Of a DNA stretch of 64,000 nt, positions 39,327 to 52,200 are shown piece by piece. Position 1 is the stretch's first letter, and each line of letters opens with the position of its first letter. A model generated the notes under the pieces. The model saw only the letters and a list, made by a program, of their open reading frames with translations, searched no databases and had not been told where the DNA came from. A program made the translations under genes and the position numbers. Source of the stretch: Ophelia neglecta. Its lineage: Eukaryota. The DNA lies in NCBI GenBank assembly GCA_965285935.1, contig OZ260664.1, positions 86,800,001 through 86,864,000 on the forward strand, given 5' to 3'.

Positions 39327-39589
39327 TGGCCGCTATAGGACACCATACTGATCGGATGCAGAGGCCCGATCTATTTACAAATATGGGCTTGAGAGCTGAC
39401 GAAATAGTTACAAAGCCAGGCAGAGGGGTAAGCAGACGATACAAGCACAGACACGATAAAATCTCTAAAAATAATAGCGTGTCTTATGGATTTAAAACAT
39501 ATTTGCGGAAACTTGGTTTGATACTGGCGCGCGTGAGCAAGATACAACAGAGGTGTCTTGTCAGGAATAAGAAAGTACGTCCTTTGAAT

Positions 39590-41010
39590 GTTAATAAAGG
39601 TGTATTTCCGTCTGTGTGGGCGGAAGGTGTGTTAATTCCACTACACAAATCTGGTAACATTCATCAAGTGGAGAATTATATGGGAATTACTCTTCTCTCG
39701 GTATTGGGGAAGTTGGTCACCGGGATTCTCAACAGATTGTCAGATTGGGCAGTATGTTGAGGGACAGGCTGGTTTTCGCAAAAGGTATAGAACAGTGGAC
39801 AGCATATTTGTTTTTAATTGTCTGATGGAATATTATAAATCGGTCAAAAAGAAACTTCTCTGTGCATAAGTTGATTTCAAAAATGCATTTGATTATGTTA
39901 ATAGAGATGCTCTCTGGTGTAAGTAAATACATCTGGGGATCAAAGGACCTTTGTTAAGAATAATGCTGATCATGTATCAATGTATAAAGTCTGTTGTAAG
40001 GGACAGTTTTGGAAATATCAGTGATGGTTTTTATTGTGCTCTCTGTGTTAGGCAGGAGGAATCGCTCTCACCTTTTCTGTTTGCCTTCTTCATTAATGAC
40101 TTGAATGAACATATATCAACCAGTCCTCACACTTCTGGCGTGTCAGTTGAAAACGTTGGCAAATCAAGCCAAAAGGCACTTTTCTTGCTCTACAGAGATG
40201 TTAACAAATTTAGTTTGAGTATTAGGGAGAAATGTGAATTTTTTAGCTAATATTCCCAATTATGAATTTTGGTTGTGAGGTTTGGGGACAGCATCCTGAC
40301 AATGAAAAGGTACATCTCAGTTTCTGTAAAAAGGTTCTCTCTCTTCGTTATTCTACCAAATAAGATTTAATTGATGCTTAGCTAGCAAGACTGCCCATGC
40401 ATACTCATGCGATTATCAGGTATTGGCTGAAACTTGTGACAGGTCCAGAACAACTGGGTAAGAGGCTGTATGTTGCTGCAAAGAACGCATCGTCTCTACC
40501 ATAGGTCGAAAATGTTAAGAATACTTTGTATAGTTTCGGTTTTGGGGATGTATGGTTGAACCAAGGGGTTGGTAATGCTGATCTGTTTTTGTGTTGTTTA
40601 AGCAAAGGTACAGGACAGTGCTTTTCAGGTATTCCATGAGCACCTTCTGAGTCAAACAAGTAACTATTATAAATACATCTCGATGTTCCGCTGATTTATA
40701 AAAAAAACTACTTCTGTGGTAATATCTCTGTAAACAATACAATAACTCTGGCACGTTTTCGCTTGCGTAATCATCGCCTTGCAATAGAAACCGGCAGCTG
40801 GAGGAAACTTCCCAATGTCTGATAGAACATGTATTTGGCGTAATGTTTTAGAAGATAAGCATCATTTCATTTTAGAGTGTGATAAATTTCGTTTCACCAT
40901 CTGAGACAAAAGTATATCAAAAAAGATTATTTTAACAATCCAAGTATGGCAAATTGTTACGGCACTTAAACAGTAATAGTCCACTCGTAGTTAATGGCTT
41001 TGTACATCCG
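39590..41010 (+). mobile_element. Degenerate RTEX-like LINE fragment
   Basis: FPSVWAEGVLIPLHKSG..NYMGITLLS..VRQEESLSPFLF..FRLRNHRLAIETGSW; internal deletions and stops. Confidence 0.75.
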
Positions 41011-43248
41011 AAAGGGTCTTCGAAGACACAATGAACTTATAAACGTTTGAAATATATTGCCTTTCCTGAGATATTTGATATTATAAACATTGTGCATGTG
41101 ATTTCTTCTGTGATGTTGATCAACATGTCAATTTACAATTAATTTGTGCAGTTGGATTCAAAATATTGGTTAAAGTGTTTTATTTTGCCTGTTTCCGAGA
41201 GAGATTAGATATATTTGTAAACAATATAACAAATTAAAACTTTAATTTAAAATGTTGCGCCACTACCTGACCATTATTTATAAACTTTCATTCGTATCAA
41301 CGCCGCACGGAGGGTACCGCCGAAAAAGCAGTAACTATTATGTGATGAATGATGACATTTTGGAATTGAAGCTGATGAATATGACGCCTCTACAATAATG
41401 CATCTCAGAGTTAAATTTCAGGAACATCAAACATTTTAAGAACGTTCGTCTTAACATAAATTTTATGTCTCATGAAGTCGTGAGACATAATGTTGCTGTC
41501 TTGTAGCCAAACCGCAACGCTGGTCATAACATTCAGATCGTAAATATCGAAGGAAAATCCATTAAATCCGCTTATTAAAGACGAAATATAGTATAGTTCT
41601 GAAATACTTCAGCTCTAGCTCTCTATATATCTATGATGAACGGCGATTCGATCTAGATCGAATTATCGAACAATTATCATGTAATATTGAATTACCATGT
41701 TGACTTACCTAAACTATTACAAACATTCAATGTCTACAAGAATAAAGGCGACAATGGCTGCGTGAGCGTTTGCATTAAATTACATAGCAGAGGTTGTTTT
41801 TAAAGATAATATTTACATCGACAGAAACACTTAAATTTTTACGTTCAAAAGCTTGCTTGTCGGTGAAGTGTAAATGAGGACGTTATGCCTTATATTTCCA
41901 TTCAAGCGTGGTGTTGTGTCCTCGTCGAGGTTATAACAGTATGCAGGAGATACACATGACCTCTAGGATGAGGGAAATATATCACACAAAGCCAATGAAG
42001 TATTTTATTGCGTTAGTGTTAAAACAATGACAACTACAACTTAAACATAAACAATTTAAAGGCAGTTTTCCATTATGTATTAAATATACTTAGACCTGTG
42101 AGGATCCTTTATATGATTCAAGTCCTCAAGGCGTGTGTTATTGGTGCAATATTTATCTGGAAGGTTGGGAATTCCCGTTTTAACCTTCATACTTTATAGC
42201 CCCGAATCAATGTATTGGGAGCCGAGGCTACCAGACTTGTTTGGTTAAGATCAAACTGGTTAAAATCCAAAAGGAAACATAAAACTTCTTTCAAAAGCCA
42301 ATCAAAGTGTCAATGTTATATTATATGACGCTATATGCCCTTACCAAGAACCACAGGATGAGTGTTTTAGTACACGATCTTACATAGGACCAAATCATCC
42401 ACTGTATCTAATACGAACTTGCTTACTTGGTCTACTCTAGTCTAATCCTAAATAGCTTTATAGTTTTGGGCAGGCGTTTGCAGATTCTTTGCGAGATGTT
42501 TCTTTGCTTGCACTGATAGATGTTTAATTGTCATTATCTACCGATTGGTATCATTTATAACCAGAATAACACCTTGCCCTACCATTGTTTCGGATCATGA
42601 AACGTCAGTATTAGATATATGGTACGCAATCACATATGGCTTGAAGTGGTAGGAATATTACATAGGTCGTGTTTATAATTTTGAACATACATGGGCTAAC
42701 ACTTTGAAAAAAGCTGAACAGCAGCAGCGATCAACATATGCACATTGTCACTGAAACTGTGGTATTCTATCAAATGACACATATACATGGATACATTATA
42801 TAGTGTCATACTTAAAGCGCTACCTATACAACGAAATGAACCTTAACTGGATATGCCGATGCATAGTCCAATCTACGAAATCATATATTTAAATTACTAA
42901 CAACAATAACATTAATAAAATAACTGGAATAACTAGGAAAAGAAATAAATTTTCAATTTTCAATTTTAGCATGTTGTGTTTAAGATTAAGTTTGAATATC
43001 TTAATTAGCATGTAATTGTAAACATACATGGTTACTCATGACACTTATTTTAATAAAATGTAGACAGCATTTGTCTACAGTAAATGACCTTCCACAACTC
43101 GCTCATCATTAATATTAAGCATCTTATTGTCAAGACTACAAACAATCCCATTAAAATTGAACTTTCCACATCATTAATTGGATATTTTGACATCCAATCA
43201 CAAGTGTTTCTGGTTGGTATACGTTGAAGCTTCTGTTCACGCTACTAC

Positions 43249-43274
43249 TTACAGTGACGAATATATAGGTTGAA
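43249..43274 (-). CDS. Gene 2 putative terminal exon (VQPIYSSL*)
   Basis: TTTTTTGTCTAAG acceptor, phase 1, YxxL immediately before the stop. Confidence 0.45.
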
Positions 43275-46200
43275 CTTAGACAAAAAAGGTAAAGCCATTT
43301 AAATTGGCAAACGGATTTCGACAAAAATGTTATGCCTTTAGACAAGTATAAAATTACGTAAAATAGTCTCCTATTCAGTTCTTCAATCATTCTTAAGCAA
43401 TGCAACCACTGGCCAATTCTGTGTCGATGAGCCTGTTTCAAAAGTATATAGCACTAGCGAATCAAGAACACCGATATAGCGAATCAAGAAAATTGAAGGG
43501 TAAAAAATAACATTTTGACGGAAATTGACCAATATTCACTGAATAATACTGCCATCACACAATGATTAGCTAATAATTAAATCAATTGTACCTTTTCCGT
43601 CGACCGAGGTATGTGGTTTATCAGTATGATCCATCGTGTTTTCTGTAAAATTAACAATGTTGTAAATCAAAAATTAAATACGCTAAAAGACTTTATTTCT
43701 TATTATATAATTTCATGTAAGGATTTGGTCGATGTGTCGAATAGTTTACTTTAATAATGCCTATAGTTTTGCTACATATTATATAAGATGAAAGATGAAA
43801 TTACACAAGAAAAAGAAAATACATGAACAAGGAGGTCAAGATACACCCTAAAGATGGAACTGTACTTATAAATGGAAATACATTGGATTTGAAAGAAACT
43901 TTCATTTTTATTAACCCAATACAATTTAGAACCATCATTGCTTTGATAATATGAGAACGTCATCTTAGGTGTTGGGGTGTTGCGCTTGGGTGTTGCAAGG
44001 CAGTGCAACACTCAATAGAAATAAAGTTGTTCATTCAGATTCAGCGCATCTTTCGTGGGGGTCCCTCGGCGATTCGGCCTCGGGCCCGTACATTTCTATA
44101 TGTATATGCTGCCACTGGGACTCTTCGCCGCTATGGGGTTTAATATGCATATCTATACATTCGGATGATGCCCAATCTATCTGGTTTTGAAGCGCCTGCC
44201 TGCAGAATCTATTGGTCGGGGTATTTCTGCCATTGAATTTTGTATAGTTGCTGTGCAGAAATGGATGACCCACAACTTCCTGTAGCTTTACTCTGACAAG
44301 GACGAGATCATAATCTTTGGACAGAAAAATCCACTGGCTTATGCAATGTTTCTTCACATTCCGGGGGACACACGACGGTCATTACTTAAACTAATTCGAT
44401 TGGTAATCTGGGAGTTATGTATGACAGCTGTCTAAGCATGGACGCCCAAGTGTCGAGTGTGGTTGTGTCAATCACATTCCACTTTCGCAACATCTCGTGT
44501 ATCATGAAATCATAAGACACCGAAAACACCAAAATACATATTGCTCTTTTTACGTCTCGACTGGACTACTGCCATTCTCTAGAGTGGTGTTTCCTTGGTA
44601 TTAAAGTGCAGGCTTCAACGGGTCCAAAACTGGGCGGCTCGTCTTCTGTAGTCTCCAGTAGGAGAGACCATATCTTGGAAACCGGGATAATTGCATATGT
44701 GGCACATGATTATGTATAGCCCCTTGCTAGGTGTGTTAAATATTGTATCAGCAATGCAAACCATGACCTTGTTTTTCACCACGTACGCCGATAATATTCT
44801 TTTGCGTTGTAAGAAAGACGAATTTTTCTTACATTTAAATTATTATCTTGAGAATTTACATAACTTCCCCCTTTCTTTGGAGTAGTAAAATACCCTTAGC
44901 CGAAATCTTCCGCCACTCGATCCGGTAATTAATTATATCCGCGAAATGCGGATATTATGGAATCAGTAGCACCGCCGCCGCCGCCGCAGATTTTATTGAG
45001 CTTATTGGACTGTGAATCCAGGTCTGGTGTTTAAGTCTCGCCAGACCCAATTTTCATTCATTTCTTTCAGTTTTTAATTCATTTTAAACTAGAATACCAT
45101 ATGCCGTTATTGTACTATTCTAAAAGCATACACATGGGAAAGTTAGCTGACAGCTAGCTGTACGTAGTTCATAAAACAGGTACTAGTTTAGTTAAAATGC
45201 ATCACCTGGGATCTAAATCTTATATATATATGTTGTGCATTTAAAAGACATGCATATATAGTCAACGTACGAATATATTTGATATAAAGTTTTCCTTTCG
45301 ATTGCACGTGGTTGACTAGCCAAGATGCAGAGCTTCCCCATTATGCCTAAATTGTTAGGGCCAATCTCATCGCATGGTACAAATACGTCATATGGCCGTC
45401 ATTAAAACTCGGTTTACATCCCCTGGAAAGCTGCCGGCCGGCTGTGATTATCGATAGAGGTTTATGTCAGCGAGTAGCGTATTGGACATCACCTCTGCTA
45501 CGATGGAAACCATAATCGCTTCTTCATAAGCTATATCCTTTGAAATAAATCCTATAAATTCGATGCTTCCTTAATTTTTTGACAGTGGATACTATTAGGC
45601 ATAGAATGAGTTATTGATACAAGTGGTCGCCGTTGTAACCAGTATCTAAGACTAATTCATGTCGACAAGTTCGAAGGTAATATGTGTAATTTTTTTGTGT
45701 GCTAGAGTAAGTATCGAAATAAAGGTGGGATTCCACTCTGGAAACAATTAACATTCTTACTTAATATCAAGAGGGATATTTCGCTTCAGTTATGTCTCTG
45801 AGTAATTTATATAAAAAATAAGCCGAACACTTAATTTAGATGGAAAGGAGACGATTTCTCAAAAAACTTGATTAATTAACTACTTAATCAACATACAACA
45901 TTGAGGACATACATTATGTTAGAATCAATTTCTAGAACTTCGAGGAATTTGGCACACCTCTTTTTTTCTTCTAAAAGCCTACATTATAAGCCTACCCCTA
46001 TATTTCAGCCATAAAGATGATTAATAGAACAGTTACTACCGCCTCACTTTTATATTTTACAAATCAATCCCGATAAAAGTGCAATTTGGGTTTATAATCT
46101 TAATTGGGAATTGGTAGTTGCTGAAATTACTATATGGAAAGGACAGTGTTAAACATGACATTTCGGAGCGTAGCTGTTGTTGACAAATATAAGCCGAAAC

Positions 46201-49200
46201 CTCAAACAAGTTGTTCAGCACATGCTTTTGAACTAGGTCATATCAATTGGGCCAATATTGGTAAAGAAAGTTTCAGATAGTGGTCTTAAAACTTTACTAC
46301 GTTTTTGGCATTTCAAGATAAATTATGTGTTAAATCTACCCATGACATTCGCATAGCATATTTATTTCATCATTAAGCTTGTAGCAAAGTTTTGGAGTAC
46401 ATGACACAACCAAAAATACCATAATCTTTCGTCAGACGTAAGAATTTTCAATCAGCTTATATAATCATGTATTTTCAGATTTATTTTCTTTTCTTACCTT
46501 TGTTACTTCCTGACTTCATTTGTGCATCCTGTTCGTTCATGTTATTCCCTGGAAAACAATGAGTGAATTTGTGAAATCAGTTAATCTAATTAATGAATGC
46601 AAGGCTAATTCTTCTAGCAATTATTCCATTATGTTTCTACTTATGGTTTCTACTACCCATGACATTTGCATAGCATATTTATTGGATCATTAAGCTTGTA
46701 GCCATGTTTTGGGGTACATGACACACACCAAAATACCATAATCTTTCGTCAGACGTAAGGATTTTCAATCAGCTTATATAATCATGTATTTTCAGATTTA
46801 TTTTATTTTCTTACCTTTGATACTTCCTGACTTCATTTGTGCATCCTGTTCGTTCATTTTATTCCCTGGAAAACAATGAGTGAATTTGTGAAATCAGTTA
46901 ATCTAATTAATGAATGCAAGGTTAATTCTTCAAGCAATTATTCCACTATGTCTCTACTTAGGTATCACGAGACTTGGGGAGACAAAATCACAAGGGCTAC
47001 ACATCTGTAGATAAAGTTTCATATTACATATTTTACAAGGCACTGAACACTGGACGAAGAATCATTCGTGGTGATTAATCACCACTCTGGTTTGACAGGC
47101 CGGTAAGGCATAACTTAGCTTCTGTAATTTGTAGCGATTTAGATGAAATAAATTATGTCTGTACATTTTTGTTTACATATCAATGGAGTTAGAACTGATG
47201 CATGAGAATACAAAACTTTCTTTCCTTAATATAATAAACCAGGCACATTTTCTAACACTGCTCCGTCCTTTGGTCTTATGTCCAATCCAAGTTCATACCT
47301 ATCTACTAAATTTATGAGGTAAAGGACCGTTTTCTAAGGTTTTCAATGGCAAAGGGCCGTTTACAAAATAATCCGGATCCTTCCATAGTTTGTTCAGCAT
47401 ATTATTTTTATCTTGTTTATATCAATTACGTCACAATAAGGAACAATGGTTTGTCTAGAACTTCGAGAAATTCGGCACACATCTTCGTTCCTTCTAAAAG
47501 CCTACATTATAAGCCTACCCCTATTTTTCAGCCATAAAATGATTAATAAAACAGTTCCTACCGCCTCAAAAATTATAGGGTTATGACACAAATCAATCCC
47601 GGTAAAAGGGTATTTTGGGTTTATAATTTTAATTGGGTATTGTTAGTTGCTAAAATAACTACATGGAAAGGACAGTTTCAAACATGACATTTCGGAGCGT
47701 AACTGTTGCAGACAAATATAAACCGAAACCTCAAACAAGTTGTTCAGCACATGCTTTTAAATTAGCTCACATCAATTGCGCCAATATTGGTAAAGAAAGT
47801 TTGAGACAGTGGTCTTAAAACTAGTCGACTAGGTTTTTGTCATTTTAAGATAAATAATATGTCAAACCTACCCCTGCATGCGCATATTTATTAAATCATA
47901 AAGCTTGTGGCCATGTTTTGGGGCACATGACACACTAAAAATATCATATTCTTTCGTCAGATGGAAGAATTCTCAATCAGTTATATAATCATGTATTTTC
48001 AGATTTATTTTATTTTCTTACCTTTGTTACTTCCTGACCTCATTTGTGCATTCTGTTCGTTCATTTTTTTTCCTGGAAAACAATAAGTGAAATTGTGAAA
48101 TCACTTAATATAATTAATGGATTCACGGCCAATTCTTCTAGCAATTATTCCACTATGATTCTACTTAAGTATCACGAATCTTGGGGCCTACATCACAAGG
48201 CCTACATAAGAAACACACACCTCTTTTTTTTTCTAAAAGCCTACATTATAAGCCTACCCCTATATTTCAGCCATAAAGATGATTAATAAAACAGTTACTA
48301 CCGCCTCACTTGTATATGGTTGTAACACATATCATATAAAAGTCTTAAAACTTTACTACGTTTTTGGCATTTCAAGATAAATTATGTGTTAAATCTACCC
48401 ATGACATTCGGTATTCCAAGTTTCAAGTTTTATTCAAGTTTTATTCCCTCATGGCACCTCCCGGAGCATAGAGTAAAAACTCAATAAATACAATAGGTAG
48501 GATAAATAAGGCAGATACAATAAATATCACATATATGTACATATGCCTGTGAACCAGTATACAATTAATCTATAATTTTATAAGTGATTGAATCTAGAAC
48601 TTGTGGACAATACCAGATTTGCTGATAAATAAGGCTAGTTGTTTCTGTAAGTTATCACATTTGAACATGCAACCAAATTTGAACATGCTGACATTCGAGA
48701 GGTAGTAAGGAGGTATATGTTTAGCTCGGAGGCTAATAAAATCCTCATGTTTACATTCAATAAAGATGTGGAATTCTTCCCCCAACTTGCCAATGTTACA
48801 TTTATTACAAAAACGTTCATTTCTTGGTACTTTACTGTACCTGCCTGTCTCAACAGGTAACTTATGATTACTCAAGCGGAATTTGCACAGTGATGTTGCC
48901 AAGTCAGAAGGGAGATCTGTGAGATATCTCTCCAACCCAAATTTACTTTTAAATGCTTTCTAGGTAGAGCATATAGGTAGACTAATGACATCTGAAAGCC
49001 ACTTTTGCTCAAACTGATCACTTAGTGTTCTCTTTACTTTAAGCTTTAACCATTTAGGATTGAAATTCTGGGTGACAGAGAAGAAACTACTATTACCGGT
49101 TTCATCTAGAATCTTTTTGATACTATTTACCCATGGGCTTTGATACCGTTGGTTTACATTCATCTAAAAAAAAATACTTGTACAATCTGGAACTAAGTTT

Positions 49201-52200
49201 ACTTGACTTTCCTGTTACAAGACCTGCCAAGAAACCAATCATTCTAGTTTTGATATGGACACTGATAGGGTGCCTACCTAGTTCACCATATACCATAGTG
49301 TTACAAGTAGCCCTCTTCACTTTAAGCATGTATATACAGAATTGGAGTGGGCAGCCTCAATTATAATATTGTCACCACTTCCCCATATTTCACAGCCATA
49401 TGTCAGTATAGGCAGTACGCATAGCATATTTATTACATCATTAAGTTGTAGCCAAGTTTTGGGGTACATGACACACACAAAAATACCATAATCTTTCGTC
49501 AGACGTAAGAATTTTCAATCAGCTTAGATAATCATGTATTTTCAGATTTATTTTCTTTTCTTACCTTTGTTACTTCCTGACTTCATTTGTGCATCCTGTT
49601 CGTTCATGTTATTCCCTGGAAAACAATGAGTGAATTTGTGAAATCAGTTAATCTAATTAATGAATGCAAGGCTAATTCTTCTAGCAATTATTCCATTATG
49701 TTTCTACTTATGGTTTCTACTACCCATGACATTTGCATAGCATATTTATTGGATCATTAAGCTTGTAGCCATGTTTTGGGGTACATGACACATACAAAAA
49801 TACCATAATCTTTCGTCAGACGTAAGAATTGTCAATCAGCTTATATAATCATGTATTTTCAGATTTATTTTATTTTCTTACCTTTGTTACTTCCTGACTT
49901 CATTTGTGCATCCTGTTCGTTCATGTTATTCCCTGGAAAACAATGAGTTAATTTGTGAAATCAGTTAATCTAATTAATGAATGCAAGGCTAATTCTTCTA
50001 GCAATTATTCCATTATGTTTCTACTTAAGTATCACGAGACTTGGGGAGACGTAAAACACAAGGCCTACACATCTGTGGATAAAAGTTTCATATTACATAT
50101 TTTACAAGGCACTGAACACTGGAAAAAAGAATCATTCGTATTGATTAATCACCACCCTGGTTTGACAGGCCGGTAAGGCATAACTTAGCTTCTGTAATTT
50201 GTAGCGATTTAGATGAAATAAATTATGTCTGTACATTTTTGTTTACATATCAATGGAGTTTGAACTGATGCATGAGAATACAAAACTTTCTTTCCTTAAT
50301 TAAATAAACCAGGCACATTTTCTAACACTGCTCCGTCCTTTGGTCTTATGTCCAATCCAAGTTCATACCTATCTACTAAATTTATGAGGTAAAGGACCGT
50401 TTTCTAAGGTTTTCAATGGCAAAGGGCCGTTTACAAAATAATCCGGATCCTTCCATAGTTTGTTTAGCATATTATTTTGATCTAGTTTATATCAATTACG
50501 TCACAATAAGGAACAATGGTTTGTCTAGAACTTCGAGAAATTCGGCACACATCTTCGTTCCTTCTAAAAGCCTACATTATAAGCCTACCCCTATTTTTCA
50601 GCCATAAAATGATTAATTAAACAGTTCCTACCGCCTCAAAAATTATAGGGTTATGACACAAATCAATCCCGGTAGAAGGGTATTTTGGGTTTATAATTTT
50701 AATTGGCTATTGTTAGTTGCTAAAATTACTACATGGAAAGGACAGTTTCAAACATGACATTTGGGAGCGTAACTGTTGCAGACAAATATAAACCGAAACC
50801 TCAAACAAGTTGTTCAGCACATGCTTTTAAATTAGCGCACATCAATTGCGCCAATATTGGTAAAGAAAGTTTGAGACAGTGGTCTTAAAACTAGTCTACT
50901 AGGTTTTTGTCATTTTAAGATAAATAATATGTCAAACCTACCCCTGCATGCGCATATTTATTAAATCATAAAGCTTGTGGCCATGTTTTGGGGCACATGA
51001 CACACTAAAAATATCATATTCTTTCGTCAGATGGAAGAATTCTCAATCAGTTATATAATCATGTATTTTCAGATTTATTTTATTTTCTTACCTTTGTTAC
51101 TTCCTGACCTCTTTTGTGCATTCTGTTCGTTCATTTTTTTTCCTGGAAAACAATAAGTGAAATTGTGAAATCACTTAATATAATTAATGGATTCACGGCC
51201 AATTCTTCTAGCAATTATTCCACTATGATTCTACTTAAGTATCACGAATCTTGGGGCCTACATCACAAGGCCTACATAAGAAACACACATCTATTTTTTT
51301 GTCTAAAAGCCTACATTATAAGCCTACCCCTATATTTCAGCCATAAAGATGATTAATAAAACAGTTACTACCGCCTCACTTTTATATGGTTGTAACACAA
51401 ATCATATAAAAGTCTTAAAACTTTACTACTTTTTGGGCATTTCAAGATAAATTATGTGTTAAATCTACCCATGACATTCGCATAGCATATTTATTACATC
51501 ATTAAGCTTGTAGCCAAGTTTTGGGGTAAATGACACACACAAAAATACCATAATCTTTCGTCAGACGTAAGAATTGTCAATCAGCTTATATAATCATGTA
51601 TTTTCAGATTTATTTTATTTTCTTACCTTTGTTACTTCCTGACTTCATTTGTGCATCCTGTTCGTTCATGTTATTCCCTGGAAAACAATGAGTGAATTTG
51701 TGAAATCAGTTAATCTAATTAATGAATGCAAGGCTAATTCTTCTAGCAATTATTCCATTATGTTTCTACTTAAGTATCACGAGACTTGGGGAGACGAAAT
51801 CACAAGGCCTACATATCTGTGGATAAAGTTTCATATTACATATTTTACAAGGCACTGAACACTGGAAAAAAGAATCATTCGTATTGATTAATCACCACCC
51901 TGGTTTGACAGGCCGGTAAGGCATTACTTAGCTTCTGTAATTTGTAACGATTTAGATGAAATAAATTATGTCTGTACATTTTTGTTTACATATCAATGGA
52001 GTTAGAACTGATGCATGAGAATACAAAACTTTCTTTCCTTAATTAAATAAACCAGGCACATTTTCTAACACTGCTCCGTCCTTTGGTCTTATGTCCAATC
52101 CAAGTTCATACCTATCTACTAAATTTATGAGGTAAAGGACCGTTTTCTAAGGTTTTCAATGGCAAAGGGCCGTTTACAAAATAATCCGGATCCTTCCATA

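Larger units (their letters stand above)
33805..39347 (-). mobile_element. Defective IS3EU-like DNA transposon with about 355-bp TIRs and a 6-bp TSD
   Basis: Termini TATGGTGTCC..GGACACCATA; TSD CTGATC at 33799-33804 and 39348-39353; TAY..RTA termini with a 6-bp TSD are the IS3EU signature; spliced transposase N-terminus inside. Confidence 0.85.

Noticed and set aside
33852-39346. Arg/Ser-rich ORFs (EAKSRSR repeats) at 33852-34121 and 39035-39346
   Set aside because: Translations of the TIR 8-mer arrays.
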